Shown in pieces: positions 8,606-18,057 of a stretch of 30,552 bases of DNA. The notes beneath the pieces were generated by a model that was given only the letters and a program-made list of their open reading frames with translations, was not told where the DNA came from and did not search any database. Origin of the DNA: a virus. Its lineage: Duplodnaviria > Caudoviricetes. How positions within the stretch are numbered: position 1 is the first letter of the stretch; each line of letters begins with the position of its first letter. The stretch spans positions 1-30,552 of the IMG/VR virus record IMGVR_UViG_3300024310_000024; one strand, 5' to 3'. A program made the translations under genes and the position numbers.

Positions 8606-9658
8606 TTACATGGTAAAGCCGTAGCTGTTGCCGCCACCGCTGTAATAGGGACTCGACGTGAACGCGCCGCTGAAGTCACCGCCACCGAATGAGCCTGTCG
8701 TGCCGCCAAACAGGTTACCCCAGCTTCCGGCGTTCTGGTACGCGCTGCCCAAGCCGCTGATGCCTTGCCCGATTGCCTGACCGCCGAGCGCGCCGGCGGC
8801 GCCCGCCTGCTGCGCCTGGTTCTGGTAGGCGACGGCCTGCGCACCCTGCCCCTGATTCGCGTAGGGGATGTACTGCCCCTGGATCGCCTGACCGGGACCG
8901 TAGACGTTCTGGTTCAGGAACTGCCCGAAGGTGTTCGCAAGTTGCCCCTGATTCGCTGCGATGTCCTGCGCGGTCTGATAGGGCAGTTGCCCGCCTTGCA
9001 GCGTGTAACCCGCGCCCGCGCCGCCGAGTGCGCCGGCTTGCCCTGCTGCCTGACCCGCCTGCCCGACTGCCTGACCGTATCCCTGGAGACCGGACAGTTG
9101 ACGCTGCAACTGCTGGTTCTGCCAGTCAATGTTGAAGTTCGACAGTGCCTGATTCGCAATCCCCGCACCCGCGCCGGAAGCGCCGAGTCCGTACATGCTA
9201 TTCGTGGCGCCTGTCTGGTCCTGCAACTGCTGCGCAGTGCGAGCGTAAAGTGCGTTCTGCGGATCGAGCGCGGTGTTGTATGTGTTCAGACCGGCCTGAA
9301 GCAAACCCTGTTGCGCGCCGAACTGCTGGCCGGCGGCGCCTGTCAACTGGTTGCCCAGGGTGCCGTACTGGTTGCCCGCCTGATTCGCCGCGTTCTGCAA
9401 TGCAGGGGCGTACTGCTGGCCGGCCTGAATGCCGTTCCACAGGGAACCCAAACCATACTGGTCGAGGTCATACCCCATGTACTTGTTGTAATTCTGGTTC
9501 TGGATTGCCTGCCATTGCTGGTCGGCGGGCTGAAGACCGGTAGGAACATAGTAACCCCCTCCGCCTCCACTGCCGCCGGAACTGGAGGGCGAGATTGCGC
9601 TAGAGATGGCTGACCCTGCGACAGATGCGGCAACGCCTGCTGCGATTCCATAAGGCAT
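8606..9658 (-). CDS. Internal virion/DNA ejection (pilot-like) protein
   Basis: 350 aa, G/Q/A/N-rich, with N-terminal GIAAGVAASVAGSAIS; position typical of P22 gp7-like proteins. Confidence 0.7.
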   Translation of the reverse strand: MPYGIAAGVAASVAGSAISSAISPSSSGGSGGGGGYYVPTGLQPADQQWQAIQNQNYNKYMGYDLDQYGLGSLWNGIQAGQQYAPALQNAANQAGNQYGTLGNQLTGAAGQQFGAQQGLLQAGLNTYNTALDPQNALYARTAQQLQDQTGATNSMYGLGASGAGAGIANQALSNFNIDWQNQQLQRQLSGLQGYGQAVGQAGQAAGQAGALGGAGAGYTLQGGQLPYQTAQDIAANQGQLANTFGQFLNQNVYGPGQAIQGQYIPYANQGQGAQAVAYQNQAQQAGAAGALGGQAIGQGISGLGSAYQNAGSWGNLFGGTTGSFGGGDFSGAFTSSPYYSGGGNSYGFTM

Positions 9659-9661
9659 GGT

Positions 9662-9943
9662 TTACTCCTTGGCGATATCCGGATCTGCTACCGCTTCCGA
9701 GTGAATGCAGAGCCAGATGATATCCGTTACCGCGTAGATCCGATGTTTTTTTCCGGCCTTGATTTCTAGCATGCAGGGGGCCTGTAGGGTCTGCAATTCG
9801 CTGTCTACCTCCACCGTGGCGATACCTCTAGCCAGGTAGCTTAAATGGTCGTAGTCGTGGACGTGCTTCTCAACTTCCTGTCCTGCGTCCAGCGTCTGTT
9901 CGCGCGCGTACACACCGCCAGCTGAAAAGTGGTGCAGGATCAT
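9662..9943 (-). CDS. Cupin-fold protein
   Basis: HHFSAGGVYARE, HVHDYDH and AGKKH metal-binding cupin pattern. Start 9943 from the ATGA overlap. Confidence 0.8.
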   Translation of the reverse strand: MILHHFSAGGVYAREQTLDAGQEVEKHVHDYDHLSYLARGIATVEVDSELQTLQAPCMLEIKAGKKHRIYAVTDIIWLCIHSEAVADPDIAKE

Positions 9944-10506
9944 TTCTCGCACCTGACCGAAATAATCAGGCTGATCCGGTCATCCGGCCCGTCGTTTACG
10001 ACTTCATGCTCCTTCGTGTTATCGAAGTACCACGCCTCGCCGGGGGCCATCGCTACCTGTTCATCCTCCACCCGATTAATGCAATGGGGATTCCCCTGGA
10101 GTACCACATACAGTTTGGTATTGTAATGGTGAACATGCCAGCCATCGTCAGTATGTGGCAAGATACGCCCGCCCGGCGGCACGCGGGTAATCAGGATGCC
10201 GCCGAGTCGAGTTCCTTCCACGCGCGCCATCATGCCGAACACAATCGGCCTAGCCTGCGGCAGCGCATACCACTCCGGGTAAAACACAGGGTCGTGGGGC
10301 CCATGAAAACCCGACCAGTCGCCTTTTTCCTTGAACGGCTTCTCATCGTTGTATCGCAGCCAGATATCCGAAGACCCTTTGTGAGGGCTGTTCTCGTACC
10401 CTTCTTTTCTGTAATCGTGCCGGTTCCACAACTTCGGCTGTCTCGCGATAGCCAGAAGCAAGGGCGCCGTGTCGATCCCCGCTGCGATCTTTACCATGTT
10501 TCTCAT
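9940..10506 (-). CDS. Aspartyl/asparaginyl beta-hydroxylase-like 2OG-Fe(II) dioxygenase
   Basis: ITRVPPGGRILPHTD (HxD) and WYFDNTKEHEVVN..DDRISLII (distal His and 2OG-binding Arg). Confidence 0.85.
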   Translation of the reverse strand: MRNMVKIAAGIDTAPLLLAIARQPKLWNRHDYRKEGYENSPHKGSSDIWLRYNDEKPFKEKGDWSGFHGPHDPVFYPEWYALPQARPIVFGMMARVEGTRLGGILITRVPPGGRILPHTDDGWHVHHYNTKLYVVLQGNPHCINRVEDEQVAMAPGEAWYFDNTKEHEVVNDGPDDRISLIISVRCEK

Positions 10507-10907
10507 TGAGCATCCACCAGGCTGTTACGGGCTACGCCCTTGATTTTCTCTACCGTGCGGTACGCGCCGAGTCCGAGCAACGCGGTCAACATCGGCATCA
10601 TCTCCGACGTGTCAGCGGGCGTCAGGACGATAGGATATTGCAGGATCGCGCATACTGCCTTGGCGACGGAGATCCCAATCCAGTTCCACGCGCACGCGAT
10701 GCCGCATACCCACATGATGAAGGGGCGCGCGCCCGACACGAAGACGGACGGGTTGGAAGCCTGCGCCTTGTTCGCGTCCATCTGGCCTTGAATCATAGAC
10801 AGGACAGCGGCAAGCTGTTGCTGTTCCTGCTGCGACTTGTCCGGCCAGATGCGCGAGACTACGGTTTGCGCCAGATCCATTCCGGCGGTGATAGGGTCTA
10901 GTGCCAT
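10503..10907 (-). CDS. Holin (GTA 3TM-like)
   Basis: FVSGARPFIMWVCG and LLGLGAYRTVEKIKG motifs, hydrophobic segments, adjacent to the endolysin. Confidence 0.8.
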   Translation of the reverse strand: MALDPITAGMDLAQTVVSRIWPDKSQQEQQQLAAVLSMIQGQMDANKAQASNPSVFVSGARPFIMWVCGIACAWNWIGISVAKAVCAILQYPIVLTPADTSEMMPMLTALLGLGAYRTVEKIKGVARNSLVDAQ

Positions 10908-11458
10908 GACTCACTCCAGTAGCCGTCGCCGACGCCGAGCGTCGTGCAACACATCTTCCACAGGTTCACGCGGTCGTCATACCCATTCAGCCCGCCGTTG
11001 ATGACCTTCGTGATACCCTCGAAGTCCATCACGTCAGCCGAGACGTTCAGGCCGTGCGTGTTCCAAAACCATGCCGCAGATTGCGCAGCGTTGCCCGGTT
11101 GCTCCAGCAGTTCAGGGTGATCCGTCAGCGGCAAGACCAGTGCATCGCCGCACCGCTGGTAGTTCGTGCGGCCAGTAACCTGAATCAGGCCGCGCCCCCG
11201 AAACTTGAACCCGTCGCCCTTCTCGGTGTTGCCGAGATCCGCGCGGCCTTCGTAGCGCTCCTGCGCGGGCGTTGGGCCCCACAGTTCGCGAACGTAAATC
11301 AGGCGTCCGGATTCGTGGCCGATCTGCGCGAGGAACGCAGCCTGGCGCTTAGGCGAATCGATCGCATAAAGCGCCATTGCCGCAGACAGCGGATCAGCCC
11401 ACGTTTGCGCGCGAGTGAGAGGAATCCCAAGGCAGGCGGCTAACTCTTCCGGAATCAC
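10898..11458 (-). CDS. Endolysin, glycoside hydrolase family 19
   Basis: AAFLAQIGHESG, FRGRGLIQVTGRTNY, SAAWFW and ITKVINGGLNG. Confidence 0.92.
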   Translation of the reverse strand: MIPEELAACLGIPLTRAQTWADPLSAAMALYAIDSPKRQAAFLAQIGHESGRLIYVRELWGPTPAQERYEGRADLGNTEKGDGFKFRGRGLIQVTGRTNYQRCGDALVLPLTDHPELLEQPGNAAQSAAWFWNTHGLNVSADVMDFEGITKVINGGLNGYDDRVNLWKMCCTTLGVGDGYWSESWH

Positions 11459-11667
11459 AGCTTGCCCACCAGCGTCAGGAGTTCGGTCACCTTGTCCGGC
11501 GTTGCCTTCGCGCCGTCGTCAATGATCGCCGTGAACTGGTTGGTCAGCGTCGTCATTTCCTGAGCGCGCGTCTGGATGCCAACCAGGTTGGCGAGTTTCG
11601 TCGCCACGCTGTCAGCGCTCGTGATTACCGCGTTGTAATCTGCTTCGATCTGATCCCAAAACGACAT
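11455..11667 (-). CDS. 70-aa hypothetical protein in lysis cassette
   Basis: MSFWDQIEAD start with AGGAG RBS; GTGA overlap with the endolysin. Confidence 0.65.
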   Translation of the reverse strand: MSFWDQIEADYNAVITSADSVATKLANLVGIQTRAQEMTTLTNQFTAIIDDGAKATPDKVTELLTLVGKL

Positions 11668-11677
11668 GATATTGCTC

Positions 11678-11869
11678 CTATTTAAAGAACTTCCCGAAAC
11701 CGCCAGCCGCACCGTAAGCCGCAAGCCAGAGTATGAGATAAAAACACGCCTTCCACACCAGGGAGAGAACGCCCTTTCCAATATTCAGCTGGAAGCGCTG
11801 CGCCGCGCGCCGCTCCAGTTCATCTACGATTGCCTTAACATCGCCCTCGGTGAGCGTTCTCTGGTCCAT
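11678..11869 (-). CDS. Small single-TM protein (holin/antiholin-like)
   Basis: 63 aa with a C-terminal hydrophobic helix, upstream of the endolysin. Confidence 0.6.
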   Translation of the reverse strand: MDQRTLTEGDVKAIVDELERRAAQRFQLNIGKGVLSLVWKACFYLILWLAAYGAAGGFGKFFK

Positions 11870-11893
11870 ATTTTTCCCCGGAATAGCACATTT

Positions 11894-12658
11894 TTATGCA
11901 AACTCGAAAATTATCATCAAACCCGGTGCGCCATTAAAGCCTGCCGTAGCGGCTGCGTTCTGCCCGACGCCGTTACCCGCGCCGCCTGCACCAAAACCCA
12001 ATCCGGTAGCCGATAACGCAGTTCCGCCCGAACCCCATTGAGAATTACCGCCGGAACCGTTCACGACTGACGCAGTGCTCAATGCGAAACCTAACTGTCC
12101 CGCCTGGCCTCGCGCGCCCACGAGTATGGTTCCCGATCCTGAAGTCGCCCCACCGTTGCCGCCACCCACGCCACTATTGTTTGGCGGCGTTACTGCATTC
12201 CCGGCATTCCCGCCCTGACCACCCGCGCAGCTAAATATAGTCCCGAACGTGGTCGCCCCTCCGGTGCCGCCGATGGATGCACTGGCGCCTAAACCCCCGA
12301 GTCCTACCGTTACTGTCTGCGTTGACAAGCCCGACGACACGTAACCTATGAGAAAGGCCCCCGCGCCGCCACCCGCGCCCGCCGCTGTCTGTCCTGGTCC
12401 TGTTACGATAGTGCCGCCTCCTGCGCCGCCTCCTGCGATCTGGAAGACAAGCGCTTTCGTGGCACCGGAGAATGGCGTGTACGTGCCGCTGACCGTGAAC
12501 GTCTGCACGTTAATCAGTGTTCCCGGCGCGACGAAGGATGTCGGAAGCGCGTTCGCGTTCACCTGATTAACGATGAAGTTGAAATCCGACATGACCTGTG
12601 TGGCGTCCGCCGTCGTGCCGTTCTGAAGTGTTACCGGCAAGGTGCCGATGATAGCCAT
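11894..12658 (-). CDS. Tail fibre/spike with glycine-rich domain
   Basis: N-terminal NGTTADATQVMSDFN anchor, QTFTVSGTYTP and GGGAGGG repeats. Confidence 0.75.
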   Translation of the reverse strand: MAIIGTLPVTLQNGTTADATQVMSDFNFIVNQVNANALPTSFVAPGTLINVQTFTVSGTYTPFSGATKALVFQIAGGGAGGGTIVTGPGQTAAGAGGGAGAFLIGYVSSGLSTQTVTVGLGGLGASASIGGTGGATTFGTIFSCAGGQGGNAGNAVTPPNNSGVGGGNGGATSGSGTILVGARGQAGQLGFALSTASVVNGSGGNSQWGSGGTALSATGLGFGAGGAGNGVGQNAAATAGFNGAPGLMIIFEFA

Positions 12659-12662
12659 GTCG

Positions 12663-14285
12663 TTACCCCGCGTTCAGTAAGCCCGTGTCCTGGTATTCGG
12701 CATAGAACGTGCCGATTGATAGCGCGGAAGCGCTGGTCGCCAGAACATCGATTGCCATTTTCTGGAAATTCAATGGTGCCTTCCACGCGAGCGTGTATAC
12801 GTGCGGAACCTTCGTGTTGCTGGTCCACAGCGCGCCGCCCCATGAGAAAGCGCCCCATATCGTCTGCTGCGCCTGCGTCATGATGAACGTCGAGCCGAGC
12901 GTATTGCCCTGGTCGTCCATCGCGGTAATGTTGTAGTTCACCGCTGCGCCGGAAGCCGACAGTTCGATAGTAGACTGGACAACCTGCAACTGGCGCATGT
13001 GATTCGTCTTCGGGAACGTGGACGACTTCAGGTGACTGGTGAGGTTCGTGCCTGCGTCGTTGTACACGTCATTCAGGCCGGGGATACTGTCACTCTTGAA
13101 CAGTGCCGCGCCGTGGTCCGCTCCTGACAGGATGAAGTAATTCCCGACTTGCGAAGCGCAATCGTAGGTGAACGTGTGCGGCCCCGTCCACCGTAAGCGC
13201 CGGATGTCGTACCAGTAGTCGTTTGTCTGCGCGATGCCCTGAATCACTGTCGGGATGCATATCCGGTAGATGTTCCCGGAATAGGAAGCCGCGATCCGCG
13301 AAGGCGTCGTCGCGTTCTGGAACGGGACTTGCACGTCCGACATGCCGCCCTGCCCCGGCGTTTTCGACAGCGGGCCAACCGTGCCGGCGTAACTGGCTAC
13401 GTAAGGCCCGTCTACGCCTGCAAAGATGATCCCGAAGGGTGAAGGGACGATACTGCGCGGCGCGACGCTGCCTGTCGTGAGCGTGATGTAGTTCAGCGCC
13501 AGATTGTTCGTGGCAGGGTCGCCCGATACTTGCCAGATCTGCGACACCTTGAACACGGCGAGCGCGCCGAGCACGCCCGAAGACGTGGTAGTCAGCGGCA
13601 GGCCGGACAGCGCGGTAATCAGCGTCGTGTCGCCGATCGTCAGATCCTGAGATGCGTTCGTGCGCACCGTCGGCGCGAGCACATCGCTTAGCGCCAGATG
13701 GTTGCTGTTGTAGGCAAAGTACGCACGGTTGTTATAGTTCGCAACAGCCGTGGGCACTTTGCCCATCGGGTTTGTCGTGAGATCGGTCGAACTCCATGCC
13801 GGTGCCGCCGGGTTCGTGATATCGATCACGCCGAAGAAGTTCGTACCCGTGCCGCTGAAGCCCGGATGCGTCACGAGAATCTTCGTGCTGACTACGGCCA
13901 TTGTCGGTGGCGTCCACGCGCCGGACGTGGCCGGGGAGGCCGGCACGTTGCCTGCGACCACGCCGGAGATCGTCACGAAAGTGTTCGTCAGGCTGTTATA
14001 GGCGAACGGCTCATCGAAACCGGGATTGCGCGCGGTCGATACCATACCGTAGATCATCGTTCCGATAGACGCCTGTACGGATACGAAGGTGGGTGCCGTG
14101 AAGCTCCCGAACGTCGTCAGCGCTGCACCCACACCGGGGCGTGAGACAACGATTTCCGGGTTGCCCTGATCAAAAATGAGATTGCTTAACGCCTGGCACG
14201 CGCCGGGGAAAGCGTCTGTTGCGTCGAACGCATCGCAGAGCCCTTTCGGCGTGAAGCGCATCGGGTAGCCGTTGCGAATTCCCAC
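12663..14285 (-). CDS. Tail nozzle/stabilisation protein (P22 gp10-like position)
   Basis: 540 aa, beta-rich, directly after the adaptor; NLIFD..VSRPG N-terminal pattern. Confidence 0.65.
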   Translation of the reverse strand: MGIRNGYPMRFTPKGLCDAFDATDAFPGACQALSNLIFDQGNPEIVVSRPGVGAALTTFGSFTAPTFVSVQASIGTMIYGMVSTARNPGFDEPFAYNSLTNTFVTISGVVAGNVPASPATSGAWTPPTMAVVSTKILVTHPGFSGTGTNFFGVIDITNPAAPAWSSTDLTTNPMGKVPTAVANYNNRAYFAYNSNHLALSDVLAPTVRTNASQDLTIGDTTLITALSGLPLTTTSSGVLGALAVFKVSQIWQVSGDPATNNLALNYITLTTGSVAPRSIVPSPFGIIFAGVDGPYVASYAGTVGPLSKTPGQGGMSDVQVPFQNATTPSRIAASYSGNIYRICIPTVIQGIAQTNDYWYDIRRLRWTGPHTFTYDCASQVGNYFILSGADHGAALFKSDSIPGLNDVYNDAGTNLTSHLKSSTFPKTNHMRQLQVVQSTIELSASGAAVNYNITAMDDQGNTLGSTFIMTQAQQTIWGAFSWGGALWTSNTKVPHVYTLAWKAPLNFQKMAIDVLATSASALSIGTFYAEYQDTGLLNAG

Positions 14286-14293
14286 ATGGCCCC

Positions 14294-14998
14294 CTAGTCG
14301 GTGATTTTGGTCGGCTTCAACGTGCGGTTCGTGTGGAAGCGTCGCGGATCGAGGCGCACAGACTTCACTACCTGCTGTTCGTCGCCTTCCATGATGAGAT
14401 GGATTCTAAGCATCGCGTCGCACTGCGCGAGGAAACTTTCCCGGCGCGTGTCGTCCGTAATGTCCATCAGGCGCGCAGCTGTCGCCTTGATGAGGTAATC
14501 CTGATCCGGAAACCACGGAATCACGGGCGACGTTTCCGGAGTCGTGATATCCGGTTGCTTCACCATGTAACGGTGCGTCAGCGTGATCTGACCGGACGAC
14601 TGCGGATAGATGAACAGCGTGCCGGCGGAGTTCTGCGCCTGCGCGGTCGTCTCGTCCACGAGGATCGTCATGAACTCATACGGGTAGTTCGCAATCGACG
14701 GGTCTTTAAACTCCTGGTCGTACTCTTCCGTGCTGATCGGATTCAGGAAGTACGGCAGGTTGTTCTGTTCGAAGAACAGATCGTACGTGCGCAGGTAATT
14801 CAGCGGAAGCGTGAACGGCCCGAAGTTATTCGCCTGCACAGTGATGAATTCGGTGACCCGATTGATTTTCAGGTCACGGTGAAGCCAGAGGTCCTCAAGA
14901 GCCATGTTCAGGAACTGTCCGCCCTGCTGGACGTAGCCAGGGCACTTGGCAATGGTGCAGGCCAAGGAGACAATTTGCTGGCTCGTGAGGTACGCCAT
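14294..14998 (-). CDS. Head-tail adaptor protein
   Basis: 234 aa; FLNMALEDL, FTLPLNYLR, LFIYPQ and WFPDQDYLI patterns resemble podovirus adaptors. Confidence 0.65.
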   Translation of the reverse strand: MAYLTSQQIVSLACTIAKCPGYVQQGGQFLNMALEDLWLHRDLKINRVTEFITVQANNFGPFTLPLNYLRTYDLFFEQNNLPYFLNPISTEEYDQEFKDPSIANYPYEFMTILVDETTAQAQNSAGTLFIYPQSSGQITLTHRYMVKQPDITTPETSPVIPWFPDQDYLIKATAARLMDITDDTRRESFLAQCDAMLRIHLIMEGDEQQVVKSVRLDPRRFHTNRTLKPTKITD

Positions 14999-15381
14999 TA
15001 CGCCGCCTTCTTCACAGAAGCGATTTTCGCCTTGCCTTCATCGAGGTACTTCTCGATCTGCTTGATCTGAACGGGCAGATTCGTCATCTGTGCCTGTTCC
15101 TGACTCGTCAGCTTGTACTTTGCCTTCGAGCGCTCCAGAAGATCCGCGTACGCCTTGCGGTGATCTTCGAGCATCTTCACCTGCGCCTCGATAGCCTTCT
15201 CAAGCACAGGAATTTCCAGAATCGCCTGCTGGCGAAGAAGGGCTTCGCGGTAGACATCCATCCGTTCATTCAAACCTTCCGGGGTCTCGCCTTCGATCAC
15301 ATAGCTACTGATCGAAACGGAAGCGCCATTCGGCGCGGGCAAGTTGATCTGGAAGTTTCCCAGTACGGTATGTTCGTTCAT
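14998..15381 (-). CDS. Hypothetical protein (coiled coil)
   Basis: 127 aa with GAGG RBS, coupled to the adaptor gene. Confidence 0.7.
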   Translation of the reverse strand: MNEHTVLGNFQINLPAPNGASVSISSYVIEGETPEGLNERMDVYREALLRQQAILEIPVLEKAIEAQVKMLEDHRKAYADLLERSKAKYKLTSQEQAQMTNLPVQIKQIEKYLDEGKAKIASVKKAA

Positions 15382-15390
15382 CGTTTCCTC

Positions 15391-15879
15391 TTATCGACGG
15401 CGGTCGCCACCGCGCAACACGCGGTCTTGAGCTACCTTGTAGGCGTTTTCGTTTGCACCACTGATGTTGTTCTCGTGATCCCAGGTGCGGGCCACGATTT
15501 CCTTCACGCTGCGCAACACGTCCGTACTGAATTCGTACGTCGTGCCATGCACGTACTGCTGACCGTTCAGGCGGATGTCAATCCCGCCACACGGCGCGAG
15601 ATCGATGCGATACCACCAGAGGTCCTTACCGTCGTCCGTGCGGCGCGAGAAGCGCTCCGTTACGTTGGCGGTAAAGAGTGACGACTGGGCCTGAGCGGAC
15701 AGACGCGCGGATTCTTCTTCCGCGATCAGCCGGCCAGCGGTCGATTTCGCCAGTTCGGCCTCAAGCGCCGCGATGCGGGCTTTAAGCTGTTCCGGGGTTT
15801 CGGCGCCGGTAACTTCCGGCTTGTCGTCATCTTCAAAAACCCCCTCTTGCGAGGGGGTGTTAGGCGTGCGCGGGGGCAT
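15391..15879 (-). CDS. Hypothetical protein downstream of capsid gene
   Basis: 162 aa with AGGAG RBS; coiled coil followed by an IRLNGQQY..G motif. Confidence 0.7.
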   Translation of the reverse strand: MPPRTPNTPSQEGVFEDDDKPEVTGAETPEQLKARIAALEAELAKSTAGRLIAEEESARLSAQAQSSLFTANVTERFSRRTDDGKDLWWYRIDLAPCGGIDIRLNGQQYVHGTTYEFSTDVLRSVKEIVARTWDHENNISGANENAYKVAQDRVLRGGDRRR

Positions 15880-15890
15880 TTAAGCTCCTA

Positions 15891-17312
15891 TTACGGTGTG
15901 GTCACAGTGCCGGCAGTATAACCCGGCGTGAACGCCGAGCCAGCCTCAACACGGGCCAAAAACGCCTGGTTAAGGATAATACTCCCGTAAAAGACTTTCC
16001 ATGATACGACGCGCGTCTGGTTGAGCGGATCGCTCTTGTCAGCGCCTGTCAGGTAGTGGAACTCGGGGTTCTCCAGCAGGACCTGGCCGTACGAGTGGTT
16101 ACCAATGAAGATCGTCGGGAACACGCTCACGCCCGTTGCCGGTGCTGCCGGCGGCGTCTGCGCGACACCGATACCCGTCAGCGTAACCGTCTGGTTCGGC
16201 AGCAACTGCGTAGCCTGACCGGCCAGCGGGCCCGTAACAGGAACGCCGTTACCGATTGCCGTTGCCAGATTCGACGGCGTGGCCGACGTGCCGATGTACA
16301 CGTTAAACACGTAGTTCGGCACGTTCGGGATCACAACCGAGATGGAACCCGTGGGGCCCGTCACGCTGATCGCGTTCGACACCTGATAGATGATCTGTTC
16401 GACCGACGTTTGCGCAGGCGAAGCCGTCACAATGATCTGGTAGCCGGCGTTCGTTGCCAGCGTGCCGCCCGAAGCGGACGCCGTACCCTGGATGGCGGCT
16501 GCGCCCGTCCAGTAGGGCATCATGTTCGATTCAACGAATCGCGCGCCGTTGAACGGGCCCAGTTCGTTGTTGTACAGGCGGTTCACGTCGCTGTACGACC
16601 ATGCGTTCACAACCGTCGTGTTCTCGCGCATGTCCTGCGCCGACAGCGGGTGGATGAGCGCGATGTAGTGTTGCATGACAGCGGGCGACTTCGACGGATC
16701 GCGATACGCGCCCGCTTCGATCATCATGTCTTCGCGTTCGTCGCCCATGAAGCGCGGGACGCCGTACGTGAGGAACGAACCGACGATGCGGTTCGTCTCA
16801 TGCGGCGTCATCACGTCGGTTGCCAGCAGGTTCGCGCGCGAGGCCTTGCCGTTCGCGTAGTTCACCTGAGTCGTGGCGAGAAGCGTGTTGAACGTGTTGC
16901 GTTCCAGCGTTTCCGGCAGTTGCAGCGCGACCAGTTCGCAGGCTTGCTGGAACAGCGGATGCTTGATGGTCAGGTTCGCCACGTCGGTGATGATAACGCG
17001 GTCGCCCCATTGCTGTGCCGTGGCCGAAACCTGTTGCAGCGTCATCGCTTCGCCGGGAGGCGCTACGCCTTCCTGCAACGGCGCGAACGGCAGCGGCAGA
17101 CGCTGATAGCGCGAAGCCGTGTACGTCGTGCCACGATTCGTGTCCAGCTTCAGCGGTTTGCCGAACTGGTACGCGACCAGCTGGCGGCGTGCCAGCGGCT
17201 CGACTTCTTCCTGAATGTACGCTTCAACGTCCGCCGTAAAGCTGGTGGACTGGTTGGTAACGCCCGGGAACAGCGAGGCCCACAAGAGGCCCAATTTTTT
17301 GAGGTGTCGCAT
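15891..17312 (-). CDS. Major capsid protein (N4-gp56-like, HK97 fold)
   Basis: YQFG, PLQEGVAP, QQWGDRVIITD, ELGPFNGARFVES and DKSDPLNQTRVVSWK. Start at ATG 17312 with GAGG RBS. Confidence 0.88.
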   Translation of the reverse strand: MRHLKKLGLLWASLFPGVTNQSTSFTADVEAYIQEEVEPLARRQLVAYQFGKPLKLDTNRGTTYTASRYQRLPLPFAPLQEGVAPPGEAMTLQQVSATAQQWGDRVIITDVANLTIKHPLFQQACELVALQLPETLERNTFNTLLATTQVNYANGKASRANLLATDVMTPHETNRIVGSFLTYGVPRFMGDEREDMMIEAGAYRDPSKSPAVMQHYIALIHPLSAQDMRENTTVVNAWSYSDVNRLYNNELGPFNGARFVESNMMPYWTGAAAIQGTASASGGTLATNAGYQIIVTASPAQTSVEQIIYQVSNAISVTGPTGSISVVIPNVPNYVFNVYIGTSATPSNLATAIGNGVPVTGPLAGQATQLLPNQTVTLTGIGVAQTPPAAPATGVSVFPTIFIGNHSYGQVLLENPEFHYLTGADKSDPLNQTRVVSWKVFYGSIILNQAFLARVEAGSAFTPGYTAGTVTTP

Positions 17313-17328
17313 GGTTTCCTCTTCGTGG

Positions 17329-18048
17329 TTAAATATTCTGATTCGCGAGACGCTCGCGACGCTTGTCCTGATCTGAGCGCCCCGAACGTGCCGGTACATC
17401 ACTGCGAACTCCTGCCGACTTCCCGCGCGGCACTGCCGGTGCGGACGACTTGGGCTTTGCCTTAAGCTTGCCCTCAGCAATGTCCTTACCGAGCATCCAG
17501 TAGTACACATCCTCGCGTGAGGCCTGCTGACCGCGTGAACGTGCCTTCTGTACTTCTTCTTCCACCCGCTCCGTGTACTTCGCGCGGCGCGGTTCGCTCG
17601 CGATCTTCGATTCGAAGCGCGCGCGATCCGACATGTCTTGTGCCTGGAACATCGCCTGCTGCGCCTGGCGTTGCGTGTCGCGCAGCGTGCGATTGGCCTG
17701 AATCTGCCAGCGTTCCATCTCCGTCGTGTCCGAACTGCGCAGGCGTTCTTCCTCGCGCTGGTACTCCGCGTCTACGGGCGCAGGCTGACTCGAAAGGCGC
17801 GCTTCCGCTGCAAGGCGCCCACGGCGTTCGACTTCAGCTTCCAGACGAGCCAGACGCTCAGCAGAATCATCGCGGCGCGATGCGGCCCGTGCAGGAGGAT
17901 CGTCAGGCAGGTCATCAGCAGGCAGATCCAGATCAATATCATCATCGGGATCAGATGCAGGCAGGTCATCAGGTAGGGGATCATCGTCCGTTTCTCCGTC
18001 AATCCCCGGAAAAAGAAGGCCTAAGAGTTTTTTAAGCAGCTTGTTCAC
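17329..18048 (-). CDS. Capsid scaffolding protein
   Basis: Acidic disordered N-terminus, coiled-coil middle and basic C-terminal tail, immediately upstream of the capsid gene; GTG start with AAGGA RBS. Confidence 0.75.
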   Translation of the reverse strand: MNKLLKKLLGLLFPGIDGETDDDPLPDDLPASDPDDDIDLDLPADDLPDDPPARAASRRDDSAERLARLEAEVERRGRLAAEARLSSQPAPVDAEYQREEERLRSSDTTEMERWQIQANRTLRDTQRQAQQAMFQAQDMSDRARFESKIASEPRRAKYTERVEEEVQKARSRGQQASREDVYYWMLGKDIAEGKLKAKPKSSAPAVPRGKSAGVRSDVPARSGRSDQDKRRERLANQNI

Positions 18049-18057
18049 TTGGGTTCC

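Noticed and set aside
5271-9613. Long + strand ORFs opposite the ejection genes (e.g. 6066-7127, 6241-7143, 7748-8692, 8765-9613)
   Set aside because: Shadow ORFs of GC-rich minus-strand genes; no RBS or recognisable motifs.
16056-17465. 469-aa + strand ORF
   Set aside because: Antisense shadow of the major capsid gene.
17313-17510. 66-aa N-terminal extension of the capsid ORF in the track
   Set aside because: Overlaps the scaffold gene; ATG 17312 has a clear RBS.
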